Shown here in pieces: positions 1-11,627 of a stretch of DNA of 64,000 nucleotides; position 1 is the first letter of the stretch, and every line of letters begins with the position of its first letter. The notes under the pieces are model-generated. The model had not been told where the DNA came from. It ran no database searches and saw only the letters and a list, made by a program, of their open reading frames with translations. Location of the stretch: positions 3,488,001-3,552,000 of the forward strand of contig CAVWLP010000002.1 of assembly GCA_963755915.1 (NCBI GenBank), read 5' to 3'. This stretch comes from an uncultured Phycisphaerales bacterium (lineage in GTDB: Bacteria > Planctomycetota > Phycisphaerae > Tepidisphaerales > Tepidisphaeraceae). The position numbers and the translations under genes were made by a program.

Positions 1-1368
1 GGTATTTGGAGCCGCAGCAGGCGTCGGTACACGAGCAGGCGTATACGCCCGGCGGGCCGGTGTTTGTGAATCCGGCGTATGCGCTGAACGAGATCGCCGG
101 CCGGGAGCAAGCCGGGGATTGAGGCGTCGCTGCGGGTGGGGACGGTTCTCAACGGCGGAGTGACGCGGTTTGACCGTCCGATCGGAATGCAGCTTCGCCA
201 TCCGCAGGCAAGCACGGCGCGAATACATCGAGCAGATGATCGGCGAGCGCTGGCAGGCGCCTACGCCGCTGGGAATGGTGCACGGGGATGGGACGGACCT
301 GGTCGCCAAGGCGGAGAATCCGGGGCTGGTGCGATCTGTACGTTCCGCCGACAGTATAAGGGGGATTGGAAGCATTTCCTGGGGGTGGTTTCGCATCTTT
401 ATCTGAATCAAGTCGCTGGAATTCCAGGCGGTGAAGATGCGGCAATTGCTGCGAGATCGTGCATCAGCCCAATGCGCCGCTGGCGGATATTTCGCTGTGC
501 TGGGAGGCGATGGGTGATCCGGTGATTCCGCAGATTGAGCCGCTGATAGCGGATGACAATCCGGACATGGCGTTCGCGGCGGCGCGGGCGGCGGCGTTTT
601 TGGGGGATTCAGCGGCGCGGCAGGCGCTGGTTTCGATGGCGCTGGATCCGCAGCCAGCCGAACCAGCTCGAGGCGGTTCACGTGCTGGGGGAGCTGCCGG
701 ATTCGCCGGAGGTGGATCATATGATCGCCCAGCTCCTGGATTCGGATCGGGCGGACGTTCGCATCGAGGCGTACAAAATGCTGGTCGCGAATCCGGACAG
801 CGAGGAGGCGAGCGACGATGGTGTTTCGCATCATTACGGGGTGATTACCTACAACATCAACCACCGGTTTCTGCTGGACATCGTGCCGAGCGGGGGCCCG
901 CCGATGATTTACTCGACAGCCACCGGCGTTCCGCGGATAGCGGTGATTGGGCATCACCTTTCCTTGCGTACGCCGCTGACGTTTACGGCGATGGATATGC
1001 GATTGAGCATCAGTTCGAGCGACGACACGAAACTGCTGACGATGTTTTATCGCGATCCGCTGTCGCCCGATCCGGCGCAGGCGAATTCGGATAATGACTT
1101 GCCGGAGATTCTGGCCCGGCTGGGTGGGGAGGGTCCGGAGGATGGGCAGCCGCGGTTTGATCTGAGCTTTGGGGACGTGGTGGCGGTGGCGCAGCAGATG
1201 GTTGCGCAGCACGATGTGTATGGGGCGAGCCTGGACCAGATGGCAAACCTGGAGTGCACGTTTGAGATGGAGCATCCGAATATCGATGCGGATCAGTGGT
1301 CGAGTATTCCGAATGAAAATCGGGAGGGGAGGCCGCAGGGAGGGGCGGCCGCCGCCGTGGCGAGGTAG
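1..1368 (+). CDS. FlgI-like (flagellar P-ring-like) protein with HEAT repeats, planctomycete type; 5'-truncated by the window, frameshifted
   Basis: Overlapping ORFs 136/170/459/553 join into one protein with GGPVFVNP...GTVLNGG segments and HEAT-like helices (AARAAAFLGD, VRIEAYKML); it lies directly upstream of smc. Confidence 0.5.
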
Positions 1369-1395
1369 GGGAATTTGGGCGTTTTTGGGCGGCGG

Positions 1396-1520
1396 AAACT
1401 CGAAACCCGAAACTCGAATGACGAAACCAGAAAACCGAATGAAATCCGAAACCCGAATGACGAATTGGATTCGAGCATTCGTCATTTGGGCTTGATTCTG
1501 GTTTCGGGTTTCTGGTTTAG
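1396..1520. repeat. Imperfect intergenic palindrome built from 7-mer units (aaacccg/aaactcg/aatgacg ... cgtcatt/gtttcgg)
   Basis: The left-arm units are reverse complements of the right-arm units. Confidence 0.6.
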
Positions 1521-1539
1521 TGCCTCGATAGGAAAAAGC

Positions 1540-1580
1540 CCCCTCCCCAACCCTCCCCCGGAGTACCGGGGGCGGGGGAA
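1540..1580. repeat. REP-like hairpin CCCTCCCC..CCCTCCCCCGGAGTACCGGGGG; related copies near 13303-13343, 17975-18013 and 31340-31410
   Basis: The GC-rich palindromic motif recurs in intergenic positions. Confidence 0.6.
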
Positions 1581-1697
1581 AAAGGGGAGAAGGAGCGGGC
1601 GTTGGAAAAATTCGATGAAGTCGGTTAAAGTAGTAGGTATCGCGGGACCACAGGCCACGGATTGGCCGCCGCGTTCGGTCAAGGAGGATCGCAAGCC

Positions 1698-4600
1698 ATG
1701 CGTCTGAAAAAGCTCATCCTTCACGGTTTTAAGAGCTTCGCGGATCGGACGGAGTTCGTCTTCGATCAGCCGATCACGGGCATCGTCGGGCCCAACGGGT
1801 GCGGCAAATCCAACGTCGTCGATGGGTTCAAGTGGGTGCTTGGCGAGCAATCCGCCAAGAGCCTGCGCGGCGACGCGATGATGGACGTGATCTTCAACGG
1901 CTCATCCAATCGCAAGCCGGCGGGGATGGCGGAAGTGGTGCTGGTGTTTGAGAACCCGCAGCGCGCCGATGGCACACGCATGCTGAATCTGCGACGCCGA
2001 TGAAGTGGCGGTCGGCCGGCGGCTGTTTCGCGACGGGACCAGCGAATATCAGGTCAACAACGCAGCGACTCGCCTGAAAGACGTCCGCGAACTGTTCCTC
2101 GACACCGGCATCGGCGTCGATGCGTACAGCGTGATCGAGCAGGGGCGCGTCGCGGCGATGCTGGAGGCCAATCCCGAGGAACGCCGGCTGATTTTCGAAG
2201 AGGCGGCGGGGATTTCGAAATTCAAGGCCCGCAAAAAAGAGTCGCAGCGGAAGCTGGAAAGGTGGATCAGAATCTGCTGCGCGTCAACGACATCGTCGAG
2301 GAAGTCGAAAAGCGTCTGCGCAGCGTGAAAATCCAGGCGGGCGAAGGCGCGGACATATCAGGAACATTCGACGAGGCTGGCCGAGATTGCGGCTGAGCTA
2401 CAGCCTGCAGGAATATCACACGCATGAGCGAATCGCGGCAAGAGCTGGAATCTCAGCGCGAGGAAGCTCAGTTTCGCTGGACGACGTCAGCGGCGATCTG
2501 GCGACGGCGCAGAACGGGCTGGCGGCGAAGAAGGAAGAGCTCGACAGTCTGTCGCAGAGCGCGGCAGCGCTTGGAATATCAACTCGTCCAGGCCCGGTCG
2601 CAGATTCAATCGGCCCGGCAGCGGCAGCAGTATGCCGTGCAGCAGCTTGAGCAGATCGCCGAGCAACTGGCGGGGTTTGAGCGGGATAAATCGGAGATCG
2701 AGGCGAAGCTGGCGGAGATGGCGGCGATCGCTGGCGGCGGAAACGGAGGCGCTGGCAGACGCTGACGGCCGAACTGGAAGAGCAGCGGAGACTGATCGAA
2801 TCGCGGCAGAAGCAGTTCAGCGACGGGCAGACTGCAGCTGAACTCGGCGCGGGCAGCAGATCGAAAAGCAGAAGTCGGCGATTTTGGATCTGATGCGGCA
2901 AGCTGGCGGCGATCGGCAGCCGGCTGGGGGCGATCGAGATCGAGCGGAAAAACGTGGCTTCCGCAGGAGTCTCGCCTGGGGACGCGGCGGGAGCAGGTGC
3001 GCAGGGAATTGGACAAGCTGGAAGCGGCCGCGCGAGGAACTGGCGGGGAAGCTGCGCGAAATTGTTCAGCGACGATCGAGCGGCAGCAGGCGGAACTGGA
3101 AGAGAAGCGCGGCAGGGCGGCGGCGCTGGGCAAACAGATTCGAGCAGGTCGGCGAGCGGCTGGGCGCGGCAAAGGAGCATCGTTCGGGGCTGATTTCGCG
3201 GCAGAAATTGCTGGCGCGATCTGGAAGCCAAGCGCGAAGGAGTCAGCGAAGGCGTGAAATCGGTGCTTCGGCAGCGCGAGACGGAATTTCCGTTTATCCG
3301 CGGCCTGGTGGCGGATGTGCTGCGCGTGGATGTCGAGCATGCGCACGATCATCGAAGCGGCGCTGGATGGACGCGATCAATTCTGGTGACGGATGATTCC
3401 GCCGGAGCGCTGGCGTCGCGTGAGCTGGAAGAACTGGAAGGGCGCGTGAATATGCTTTGCGCGGATCGGCTGAGCGATGCGGAGGATTCTTACGACTGGA
3501 ACCATCATCCGCAGGGGATTCGACTGGCGATCGATCTGGTGAGATTTGAGCCGGCGGATGCGGCGATCGCGCGGCATCTGCTGGGGCGGACGATTGTGGT
3601 GGATGATCTGACGGCCGCGCGCGAGCTGCTGGAGGCGGGGCCGGCGGGGTATCGGTATGTGACGCAGGAGCGGGGAAGTTTTGGAGGCGGATGGCGTGCT
3701 TCGCGCGGGGCCGCTGACGGCGGCGATGGGATTGCTCTCGCGCAGGTCGGAACTGGAAGTGCTGGGGCAGCAGATCGCGGAAGTCGATGAGCGAATCGAG
3801 CAGCTGGGACGCGAGCTGGCTGAGGGAAGTTCGCAGGTGCGGACGCTGGAAGAAGATATTTCGTCGCTGCGGAACGAGGTGTATCAGTCGAACACGGTGA
3901 AGGTGGAGCTGAGCAGCTCGGCAGCGCAGAATGCGGATCGGCGAGATGCGCTGAGGCGAGAGCTGCCGATCCTCGATGGGGAATTGAGATGCTGGCTACG
4001 CAGGGGCAGAAGCTGGCGGAGGATCAGGAAGTCGCTGGTCGAAGCAGCGCGGGGAGCTGGAAGCGGAGCAGGCCGAGGCGGGGAAGATGGTCGATGGAAT
4101 TGACGGCCGAGCAGGCGAGCATCTCGGCGAATCTTCAGCAGCTTGGCGAAGAGTTGACCGCGCTGCGCGTGCAACTGGGTCAGGTGGAGGAGAAGCAGAT
4201 TTCGCTGCGGCAGGCCGTGCAGCGGCAGACGGCGGCGCAGGGGGAACTCAAGCAGCAGATCGAGCGCGTGGAGAAGGCGGCGCAAGGCCGTCGCGGCGCG
4301 AAGGGCGGACGTGCAGGCACAGCAGCAGGCGGCGGCGCATGAGGAGGAGACGCTGAGCCGCAGCGTGGCGGCGGATGAGGAGAAATCGGGCGAATTGGCC
4401 GGGAAGATCGAAGAGGCGTCCGGGCAGGTCGGCGGAGCTTTCGGCGGCCGTCGAAAAAGCCCGCCAGCAGCGCGAAACGATCGAGCAGGAGATGCACGAT
4501 GCTGGAATTGAAGGCCGGCGAAGTGCGGGTGCGCATCGAAACGCTCGTGCAGCGGACGATGGAGGAATCGCAGCTGGATCTGCCGGCGAAATATGCGGAG

Positions 4601-5402
4601 CTCACCGCCGACGGCAAAGCCTACGAGCCGGCGGCGATGGATTGGGATGCTGTCGGCGAAGAGATCAAGGAGCTTCGCGAGAAGATTCAGCGGCTGGGGA
4701 ACGTGAATGTCGAATCGATCGGCGAGCAGGATGAGCTGGAGCAGCGCCGGCAGTTCCTCCAGACGCAGATGGACGATTTGATCGCGTCAAAGGCGCAGCT
4801 TGAGCAGCTCATACAGCGAGATCAACGTCGAGAGCGGCGTTCGCTTCGAGCAGACGTTCAACGCCGTGCGCGAGCATTTCCAGGGGATGTTCCGCAAGCT
4901 GTTCGGCGGCGGCAAGGCGGACATTTATCTGGAGACCGAGCTCGATCCGCCGAAAAACGCCCCGGTGCAGCTTGATGAGGCGGGGCAGCCGATCCCGCCG
5001 CAGAAGATCAAGGTGGATATCCTGGATGCGGGGATTGAGATCATCGCCCGTCCGCCCGGCAAGCAGCCGGTGTCGATCAGCCAGCTTTCCGGCGGCGAGA
5101 AGACGATGACGTGCGTCGCGCTGCTGATGAGCATTTTCAAATCCAAGCCGAGCCCGTTCTGCATCCTGGACGAAGTGGACGCCGCGCTGGACGAGGCCAA
5201 CAACCAGCGGTTCAACATGATCGTGCAGGAATTCCTGGAGCAGAGCCAGTTCATCATCATCACCCACAGCAAGCGGACGATGCAGATCGCCGACATGCTC
5301 TACGGCGTGACGATGCAGGAACAGGGCGTAAGCAAGCGCGTGAGCGTGAAGTTCGACCAGGTCGATTCGCAGGGCCGGATCAGCGAGCACGCAGCGGCGT
5401 AA
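1698..5402 (+). CDS. smc: Chromosome segregation protein SMC (multiple apparent frameshifts)
   Basis: [16 protein letters not shown], Walker [10 protein letters not shown], coiled coils, hinge, LSGGEK signature and [13 protein letters not shown] aaggagg. Confidence 0.95.
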
Positions 5403-5433
5403 GCGCCAATTCAATTGTAAAATCTAAGAGAGG

Positions 5434-5497
5434 CTCACGCAGAGGCGCAGAGGCGCGGAGAAAAAGGCATTATTCTCTCTGCGCCTTTGCGCCTCTG
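5434..5497. repeat. REP-like hairpin CTCACGCAGAGGCGCAGAG...CTCTGCGCCTTTGCGCCTCTG|CGTGAG, interrupted by the group II intron
   Basis: Removing 5498-7470 restores a perfect 15-bp outer stem, ctcacgcagaggcgc / gcgcctctgcgtgag. Confidence 0.85.
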
Positions 5498-7470
5498 GTG
5501 CGTCAGTGAAACCGGTTTTGTCTTGTGAACTGAAAGGAGTTCACCATGGAATGACCCGTTAGCCGTGTAGCCGCCCGGGCGTGACGACGGAGCAATCGGT
5601 CGCGCGAAGCCCCGGAAGGCGAAGGCGCGAGCCGTAGCGTTAAGCGAACCCAAACCAGCCTCGTTACGCCAATGGGAGTGGCCAACCCGTCAGAGAGGGC
5701 CAAGCCGGCGCGGACGATGAAGCAGCGGGTGCGAGCAATCGTCCGGCTCCTCGGGGTCGATGGGGACGGCGCGTGCCGACAGACAAGATCGGGAACTGAG
5801 AGACCCCACGCATCGTTGTGCGGCTCGTTGGAAAGACATAACCAAGGGACGGGAAGCGTGGGGAGTCGGATGGGCTCATAGTAGCTGAGAAGCGGGGTAA
5901 TGCCCGTGAGCGGAGGCGAAGCCTGCCGCGAGCCAAGGAGCCCTGACGGTATCGAGCGGAAGTAAGAAGAAGAGAGGCCCGCTTGCAGGGACAACCTGAC
6001 AGTACGGATGATCCGACAGACTTGCCGGAGCACCTGAGGGTGAACTCCAGGGGTCTGCCGGGGAAAGTCTTTCTTCTGAGACAGAAGCTATACCTCAAAG
6101 CCAAGCGGGAACCGGGGTTTCGGTTTTACACCTTGTACGACCGGATCTGCCGGCGCGATGTTCTGGAAGCGGCGTGGGACCGGGTGTCCGCCAACGGCGG
6201 GGCGCCCGGCTTGGACGGGGTGAGCATCGAGAAGGTGCAAAACTCCGAGCACGGCGTCAGTGGATTCCTGAGCGAGATCGAAGAATCGCTCAAGACCCGC
6301 ACCTACCGCCCGCAGCCGGTGAAGCGCGTGTACATTCCCAAAGCCAACGGCAAGCGGCGTCCATTGGGCATCCCCACGATCCGAGATCGCGTGGTGCAGA
6401 TGGCGGTGCTGCTGCTCATCGAGCCGATCTTCGAGGCGGATTTCCTGGACTGTTCGTATGGATTCCGTCCCGGTCGCTCGGCTCACGATGCGCTGGAGGC
6501 GATCAAGCAAAACCTCCAGCAGGGCCGAAGGGAAGTGTATGACGCGGATTTGCAGTCGTACTTCGACACGATTCCCCATGAGAAACTGATGGCGTGTGTC
6601 CAGAAGCGGATCACGGACGGAAGCGTGCTGAAGCTGATCCGGATGTGGCTGAAGGCGGTGATCGTCGAAGAAGGCGAGAAGCCCGGCGATCCACCGAAAG
6701 TCACCCGGAGCAAACAGGGAACGCCGCAGGGCGGAGTGATCTCGCCGCTGCTGGCCAACCTATATCTGCACTGGTTTGATAAATTGTTCCACCGATCCGA
6801 TGGCCCGCATCGCTGGGCGAACGCCCGGCTGATCCGGTACGCCGACGACTTTGTCATCATGGCAAGGTATATAGGCCCTCAGATCAAGCAGTTCGTGGAA
6901 CGCACGCTGCAAGGCCGGTTTGATCTGACGATCAACACCGACAAGACCCGCACGGTGAAGTTGAAAGAGCCGGGCGAAAGTCTGAACTTTCTCGGGTACA
7001 GGTTCCGGTACGACCGGAGCCTGCAAGGCGGGCCGGGGCGTTATCTGAACCTCTGTCCTTCGAGCAAGTCGATGCAGCGTGAGCGGGACAAATTGCGGGA
7101 GATGACCGGACCCGAAGCAGGCTTTGTGCCCATCCCGGCGTTGATCGTACAGATCAACGAGCACCTGAGAGGATGGGCCAACTACTTCGGCAAAGGCTAT
7201 CCGCGCAAGGCGTTCCGTCAGATCAACCGATTTGTGCAGGAGCGACTGGAACGACACCTTAAACGTCGCAGCCAGCGTCCGTTCCGTGTGCGCGGAGCGA
7301 GGAGCTGGTACGAACAGTTGCAGCGTCTGGGCCTCATCAGCCTGCGACCTGTTCCGACCGTGAATGCTTGAGAAGAACAATACCGTGAGAGCCGGATGCG
7401 GGAAACCCGCTCGTCCGGTTCGAAGAGGGAGAGCTGAGCGGCAATCGGGTCGTTCAGTTCTCTACTCTAC
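5498..7470 (+). mobile_element. Group II intron (ribozyme plus intron-encoded RT)
   Basis: 5' GTGCG at 5498; domain V gagccggatgcgggaaacccgctcgtccggttc at about 7389-7421; domain VI ends ...tctactctAC at 7470; flanks rejoin cleanly. Confidence 0.93.
5983..7371 (+). CDS. ltrA: Group II intron reverse transcriptase/maturase, no HNH endonuclease domain; start uncertain
   Basis: RT0 [49 protein letters not shown] and domain X RGWANYF. Confidence 0.95.
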   Translation: MQGQPDSTDDPTDLPEHLRVNSRGLPGKVFLLRQKLYLKAKREPGFRFYTLYDRICRRDVLEAAWDRVSANGGAPGLDGVSIEKVQNSEHGVSGFLSEIEESLKTRTYRPQPVKRVYIPKANGKRRPLGIPTIRDRVVQMAVLLLIEPIFEADFLDCSYGFRPGRSAHDALEAIKQNLQQGRREVYDADLQSYFDTIPHEKLMACVQKRITDGSVLKLIRMWLKAVIVEEGEKPGDPPKVTRSKQGTPQGGVISPLLANLYLHWFDKLFHRSDGPHRWANARLIRYADDFVIMARYIGPQIKQFVERTLQGRFDLTINTDKTRTVKLKEPGESLNFLGYRFRYDRSLQGGPGRYLNLCPSSKSMQRERDKLREMTGPEAGFVPIPALIVQINEHLRGWANYFGKGYPRKAFRQINRFVQERLERHLKRRSQRPFRVRGARSWYEQLQRLGLISLRPVPTVNA

Positions 7471-8809
7471 CGTGAGATTCTTCTTCAATCGGCCTCGCAT
7501 CAGCCAGCGACCCAAACCGCCGTACCTGCGGCCAGATGAAAGCAGTCAGCCCCACAACCAGAAGTGTCCCAATTCCCCCGCCGACAACCGAGATGATCGG
7601 GCCGAAGATTTGGGCGGTCAGGCCGGATTCAAACCCGCCCAGTTCATTGCTCGCTCCGACGAAAATGTTGTTGACCGCGGAGACGCGGCCGCGCATGGAG
7701 TCGGGCGTAAGAGACTGCACAAGCGTATGGCGAACAAAAACGGAGATATTGTCGAACACGCCGGTGAGGAAGAGCATGGCCATCGAGAGCCAGAAATTCC
7801 GACTCAGGCCGAAGATGATCGTGGCGACGCCGAAGCCGGCGACGGCCAGGAGGAGCGACCGCCCGGCCCGCTTCAACGGCGGAAGGTGGGCGAGCACGAG
7901 CGCGCACAGGATCGCGCCCAAAGCCGGCGAGGCGCGGAGCCACCCGAACCCGCGGGCCCCGACGGCGAGGATTTTGGTGGCGAAGATGGGGAGGATATAG
8001 GTTGCCCCGCCGAGGAGGACCGCGAAAAGGTCCAGCGTGATGATGGCCAGGATGATCTGGTTGTCGACCACGAATTTGATTCCCGCCCCGAGGCTTTTGA
8101 GGGTCGCCGGTTCGCGGCGCGACGGGGCGGGGCGTTTGCGGATCAGGAGCGTTGTGATGACGAAGACGACGCCGCACATCGCGGTGATGAAGAAGGGGAC
8201 GGTTGGGTTCCATGCCACGAGGATTCCGCCCAGTGCCGGGCCCGCCATCGCGGCGGTTTCAAACGCGGTCGTGTTCCAGGCGATGGCGTTGGGAAAGATC
8301 GGCAGGGGAACCAGCGAGGGGACCAGCGCCGTCCGCGCCGGCCAGCCGATCGCTTTCGCCACGCCGGCCATGAACAGGACCGCGTAGACCAGAATCAGCG
8401 GGCTGGCGAACATCGAAAGAATTCCCAGCCCCACCGCACAGGCGATGGAGAGACTCTGCGTCGAAACCATGATCCACCGGCGATCAAACCGGTCGGCAAT
8501 TTGTCCGGCAGGCAGCGCCAGCAGAATGATCGGGGCAGCGGCGACCAAGCCCACCCACGCCAGCGTGATGGCGAGATGAGTTCGCTGGTAGAGGTTCCAC
8601 GCCACCGCCACTTCCAAAACCTGGCTGCCGATGACCGAGACGACCCACCCGGCAAGATAGAGGCAGAAATCGGGATACCGCAGTGCCGAATAGGGATCGT
8701 GGGCCGGTTTCGCCTCCAGAACCTCCGGCGGCGGCGCCGCGGCTGAGGCTGGTCGCTCGTCGTCGGGAGGTTCGTAGGCCAGCTTCGGCGGATTGGGCGA
8801 ATCGGACAT
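7454..8809 (-). CDS. MFS transporter (MFS_3/EntS-like)
   Basis: About 12 TM helices, AGQIADRFDRR motif, DLFAVLLGGA and MRGRVSAVN. Confidence 0.9.
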   Translation of the reverse strand: MSDSPNPPKLAYEPPDDERPASAAAPPPEVLEAKPAHDPYSALRYPDFCLYLAGWVVSVIGSQVLEVAVAWNLYQRTHLAITLAWVGLVAAAPIILLALPAGQIADRFDRRWIMVSTQSLSIACAVGLGILSMFASPLILVYAVLFMAGVAKAIGWPARTALVPSLVPLPIFPNAIAWNTTAFETAAMAGPALGGILVAWNPTVPFFITAMCGVVFVITTLLIRKRPAPSRREPATLKSLGAGIKFVVDNQIILAIITLDLFAVLLGGATYILPIFATKILAVGARGFGWLRASPALGAILCALVLAHLPPLKRAGRSLLLAVAGFGVATIIFGLSRNFWLSMAMLFLTGVFDNISVFVRHTLVQSLTPDSMRGRVSAVNNIFVGASNELGGFESGLTAQIFGPIISVVGGGIGTLLVVGLTAFIWPQVRRFGSLADARPIEEESHGRVEN

Positions 8810-9055
8810 ATAGCGTTTGCGGAATCGTTACCATTGCCGCAACTTTGGCAAGCTTTTCCGAAAATACTGATGCATATTTGCCGTTGCAGGTCTATAACAC
8901 ACAAAGGAATATCGGCGTTGAACCGGCGCGAGTCATCGGGAAAAAATGTGGTGCTGCGCTTGCGTCGGAACGCCACGGGAACGTAACTTAACGGACGAAT
9001 GGGATCTCCACTAGCTGGCAAGAATTCGGGCACCCAGGCGATTGAGAATCCATCA

Positions 9056-10180
9056 ATGGATTTGATGATGCGCCAATCGTTTCCAGAGCTGGCGGCCGCG
9101 CTGCGGGGGCGGCAGGAGCGCATTCTGGAACGGCTTCGCACGACGGTGAAGGAGATTCTCCCCTCGGCGGATGAGCTGACGTTTAACGAGCTCCGGGATG
9201 GCTTGCCGGATGCGCTGGAGGATCTGGCGACTGCCTTTGAGACCACGGGAATGGGGATGCGGCAGGGGCTTCTGGCAGACTCCCGCCATCACGGCGTCTG
9301 CCGCTACCACCAAAGCTTCAATTTGAGCGAATTGCTGGTCGAATACAGCATTTTACGTTCGATCATGATCGAGGAGATCAGCAAGGAGATGGATCGCCCC
9401 CTGACCCTGGAGGAAATTTCCGCCATCAATGTGGGGCTCGATGCCTCTGGCCGCAGGGCCGTGGAGAGCTTCGTCAAACATCAGCAGGAGGAGTCCCTCG
9501 CCGGCACCGAGGCGATGAGCAAATATCTCTCCTTCATCAGTCACGACCTGCGCGGAAGCTTGAACGGCATCCTCCTCACCATCGAAGTGCTGCGGCGTGA
9601 ATTCGGCGCCAGCGCCGGCCGCAACTCCTGGGTCGATGATCTGGAGACCATGCGCAAATCCATCCTCGATACTGTCGGCGCGATGGAGCGTTTTCTCCAT
9701 GCCGAGCGCTTCCGGCGTAAAAAGGTGGAGGTAAAGCCCAGCCCGATCAGCCTGGAATTTGTCATTCCCGATATGGTCCTCCAGTTTTCGGAGCCGGCCA
9801 AGAAAAAGGGGATTGAAATTGTCGCGGACACGACGGATTGCCCGTCGGTGACCAGCGACCGCGAGCTGGTCCAACTCATACTGCAAAACCTCGTCGGCAA
9901 CGCGGTGAAATATTCCAAACAGGGCCAGGTGAGGATCATCGCCAGGCAGATGGACAACGGCGGAATCCGAATCAGCGTTTCCGATGACGGGCCGGGCATA
10001 GCGCCCGAGCAATTGGGGAAGATCTTTCAACCCTACATTCGCGGAGCCGATCACGGCGAAGGCGGCATCGGCCTGGGCCTCTCAATCGCCCGCGAGGCGA
10101 CCGACCTCCTCAAGGGCCGCCTCTGGGCGGAAAACAGGCCCGTCGGCGGGGCAGTCTTTCATCTCGAATTACCGGCGTAA
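9056..10180 (+). CDS. Cytoplasmic sensor histidine kinase with RsbRD-N-like N-terminal domain
   Basis: HHGVCRYHQSF..L..EY.ILR N-domain, H-box SHDLR, NLVGNAVKY, DDGPG and GIGLGL. Confidence 0.88.
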   Translation: MDLMMRQSFPELAAALRGRQERILERLRTTVKEILPSADELTFNELRDGLPDALEDLATAFETTGMGMRQGLLADSRHHGVCRYHQSFNLSELLVEYSILRSIMIEEISKEMDRPLTLEEISAINVGLDASGRRAVESFVKHQQEESLAGTEAMSKYLSFISHDLRGSLNGILLTIEVLRREFGASAGRNSWVDDLETMRKSILDTVGAMERFLHAERFRRKKVEVKPSPISLEFVIPDMVLQFSEPAKKKGIEIVADTTDCPSVTSDRELVQLILQNLVGNAVKYSKQGQVRIIARQMDNGGIRISVSDDGPGIAPEQLGKIFQPYIRGADHGEGGIGLGLSIAREATDLLKGRLWAENRPVGGAVFHLELPA

Positions 10181-10324
10181 TTACCAGTTCTTCCGGTCAG
10201 GTGAGTCTAGCCAGGCTTTCCGCGGCATAAATCTCCCATTACTAAGACAAAATTTATATGGTTTATAACATAATATAATCAAATAGTTTACAACGCATAC
10301 TTTCTTGATAGTTGTCTATTTGGC

Positions 10325-10353
10325 TTGACAATGCCCCTTTTTTCGCCGATACT
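10325..10353 (+). promoter_or_regulatory. Sigma70-like promoter TTGACA-17-GATACT in an AT-rich upstream region
   Basis: Consensus -35, 17-bp spacer, upstream of the 10403 ORF. Confidence 0.55.
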
Positions 10354-10402
10354 CTATTAAACCTACAGGATTGTAGGGAATTCAAAGAAAGGATGTAGCG
10401 TC

Positions 10403-11493
10403 ATGAAGGGTCGATCGGCAAAAGGTTTTACGCTCGTGGAGCTTTTGGTTGTGATTGGAATTATCGCACTGCTCATTAGTATTTTGCTGCCGGCGCTCGC
10501 CAAGGCGCGCGAGCAGACCAATATCGTGAAATGCTCGTCAAACCTCCGCCAGATCGGACAGGCCATCGCCATTTATGAGGCCAATAGTTACGGCGCTTTG
10601 CCCCCGTCCAACTTTTACGTGGGGCTAAACATCAACCAATCCACCAGCCCGCCGACGCAGGGACCTTCAACGCCGGTGAATGGCTACGTTCATTGGTCCA
10701 GCCTCCTGTTCGCCAGCAATCTTGCCCAGTACGATCCCCGTTTCTACACCACCTCAGGCTGGGAAATGTTCCAGTGCCCCGATCTCATAAATGGCGGCGT
10801 TCCGCCCGCAAACACCTATCCCTCTAACAGCGACGGTCTTCCCAACGAAGCGCCCCCGAATGCTAGCGGACAGCCGGTCATCGACATGCAGGCACCAGAA
10901 TGTCGTACATGCTCAACGAGGCGCTCACCCCCCGCAGCATTTTCGTCGCCGGCTTCCGCAGCGCAGCGCGCCCTTATATCTTCGTCAAAGCAGGGAGCGT
11001 GAGTAATAGCGCAGGCACGATCCTGGCCACCGAGATGTGGGGAATTCAGACGATTATGCAGTCTACGTCAAACATTAGCTCAGGTGTCTATGTGAGCAAT
11101 AGCCGCCGTCCGGTGAGCGGAATCAGCGTAAAGGAGACTGCGGTTAGCGCCGTAAATTCCCCCGATCACGCCTACCTGCTGCCAATCGGCAACTCATTCG
11201 GGTGGGCGCAGCTCAAGGACATGAATCCGAATCCCGGTATTGTTAACTCCGCCGTAACCACCCCGGACACCACCCTCGATTTTGTCGGGCGAAACCATGG
11301 CTCAATCGGAGCGAAGTTCGGAAACATAACCTACACGCAGCCCAACGGCACCGTGACAACGATCTCCGGCTGGGACATGCGCACGTCCAACTTCCTCTAC
11401 CTCGATGGTCATGTCGAAAACAAGAACGTCGCCGACACCGTCTATCCGCAGGATCAATGGGGCGCAAAGTTCTACAGCCTCCCTCCCTATTGA
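10403..11493 (+). CDS. Prepilin-type N-terminal cleavage / H-X9-DG domain protein (frameshift near 10900)
   Basis: [37 protein letters not shown] and C-terminal [10 protein letters not shown]. Confidence 0.9.
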
Positions 11494-11519
11494 TCAAAAA
11501 AGTTGCGAATTGCAGCCCC

Positions 11520-11562
11520 GTAAGTTGCGAGTAAATGCTCCCGCCATTTGCTCGTAACTTGC
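11520..11562. terminator. Stem-loop downstream of the prepilin gene
   Basis: taagttgcgagtaaatg ... catttgctcgtaacttg inverted repeat (with G-U pairs). Confidence 0.45.
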
Positions 11563-11627
11563 ATTAATGATCTCTAACTTCAGATTGAGGGCTTTTATTT
11601 TCAGGAGGATGAACTAGAGTATCGCGC

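Noticed and set aside
1698-5402. Many frameshifts in smc (also dapL, lgt, the SDR gene, the GT41 gene and others) read as pseudogenes or programmed frameshifting
   Set aside because: Indels are scattered across housekeeping genes with no slippery-site pattern, so long-read consensus error is the simplest explanation. The frameshifts in the cassette genes are equally uninterpretable.
5983-7371. RT as a DGR, retron or defence RT that diversifies the cassettes
   Set aside because: It has full group II intron context (GUGCG start, domains V and VI, YADD, maturase domain). I found no TR/VR pair with adenine-specific differences.
7364-8746. 460-aa plus-strand ORF, and similar long antisense ORFs such as 15532-16473, 26124-27083 and 39927-41153
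   Set aside because: These are shadow frames of real genes in high-GC DNA, with no recognisable motifs.
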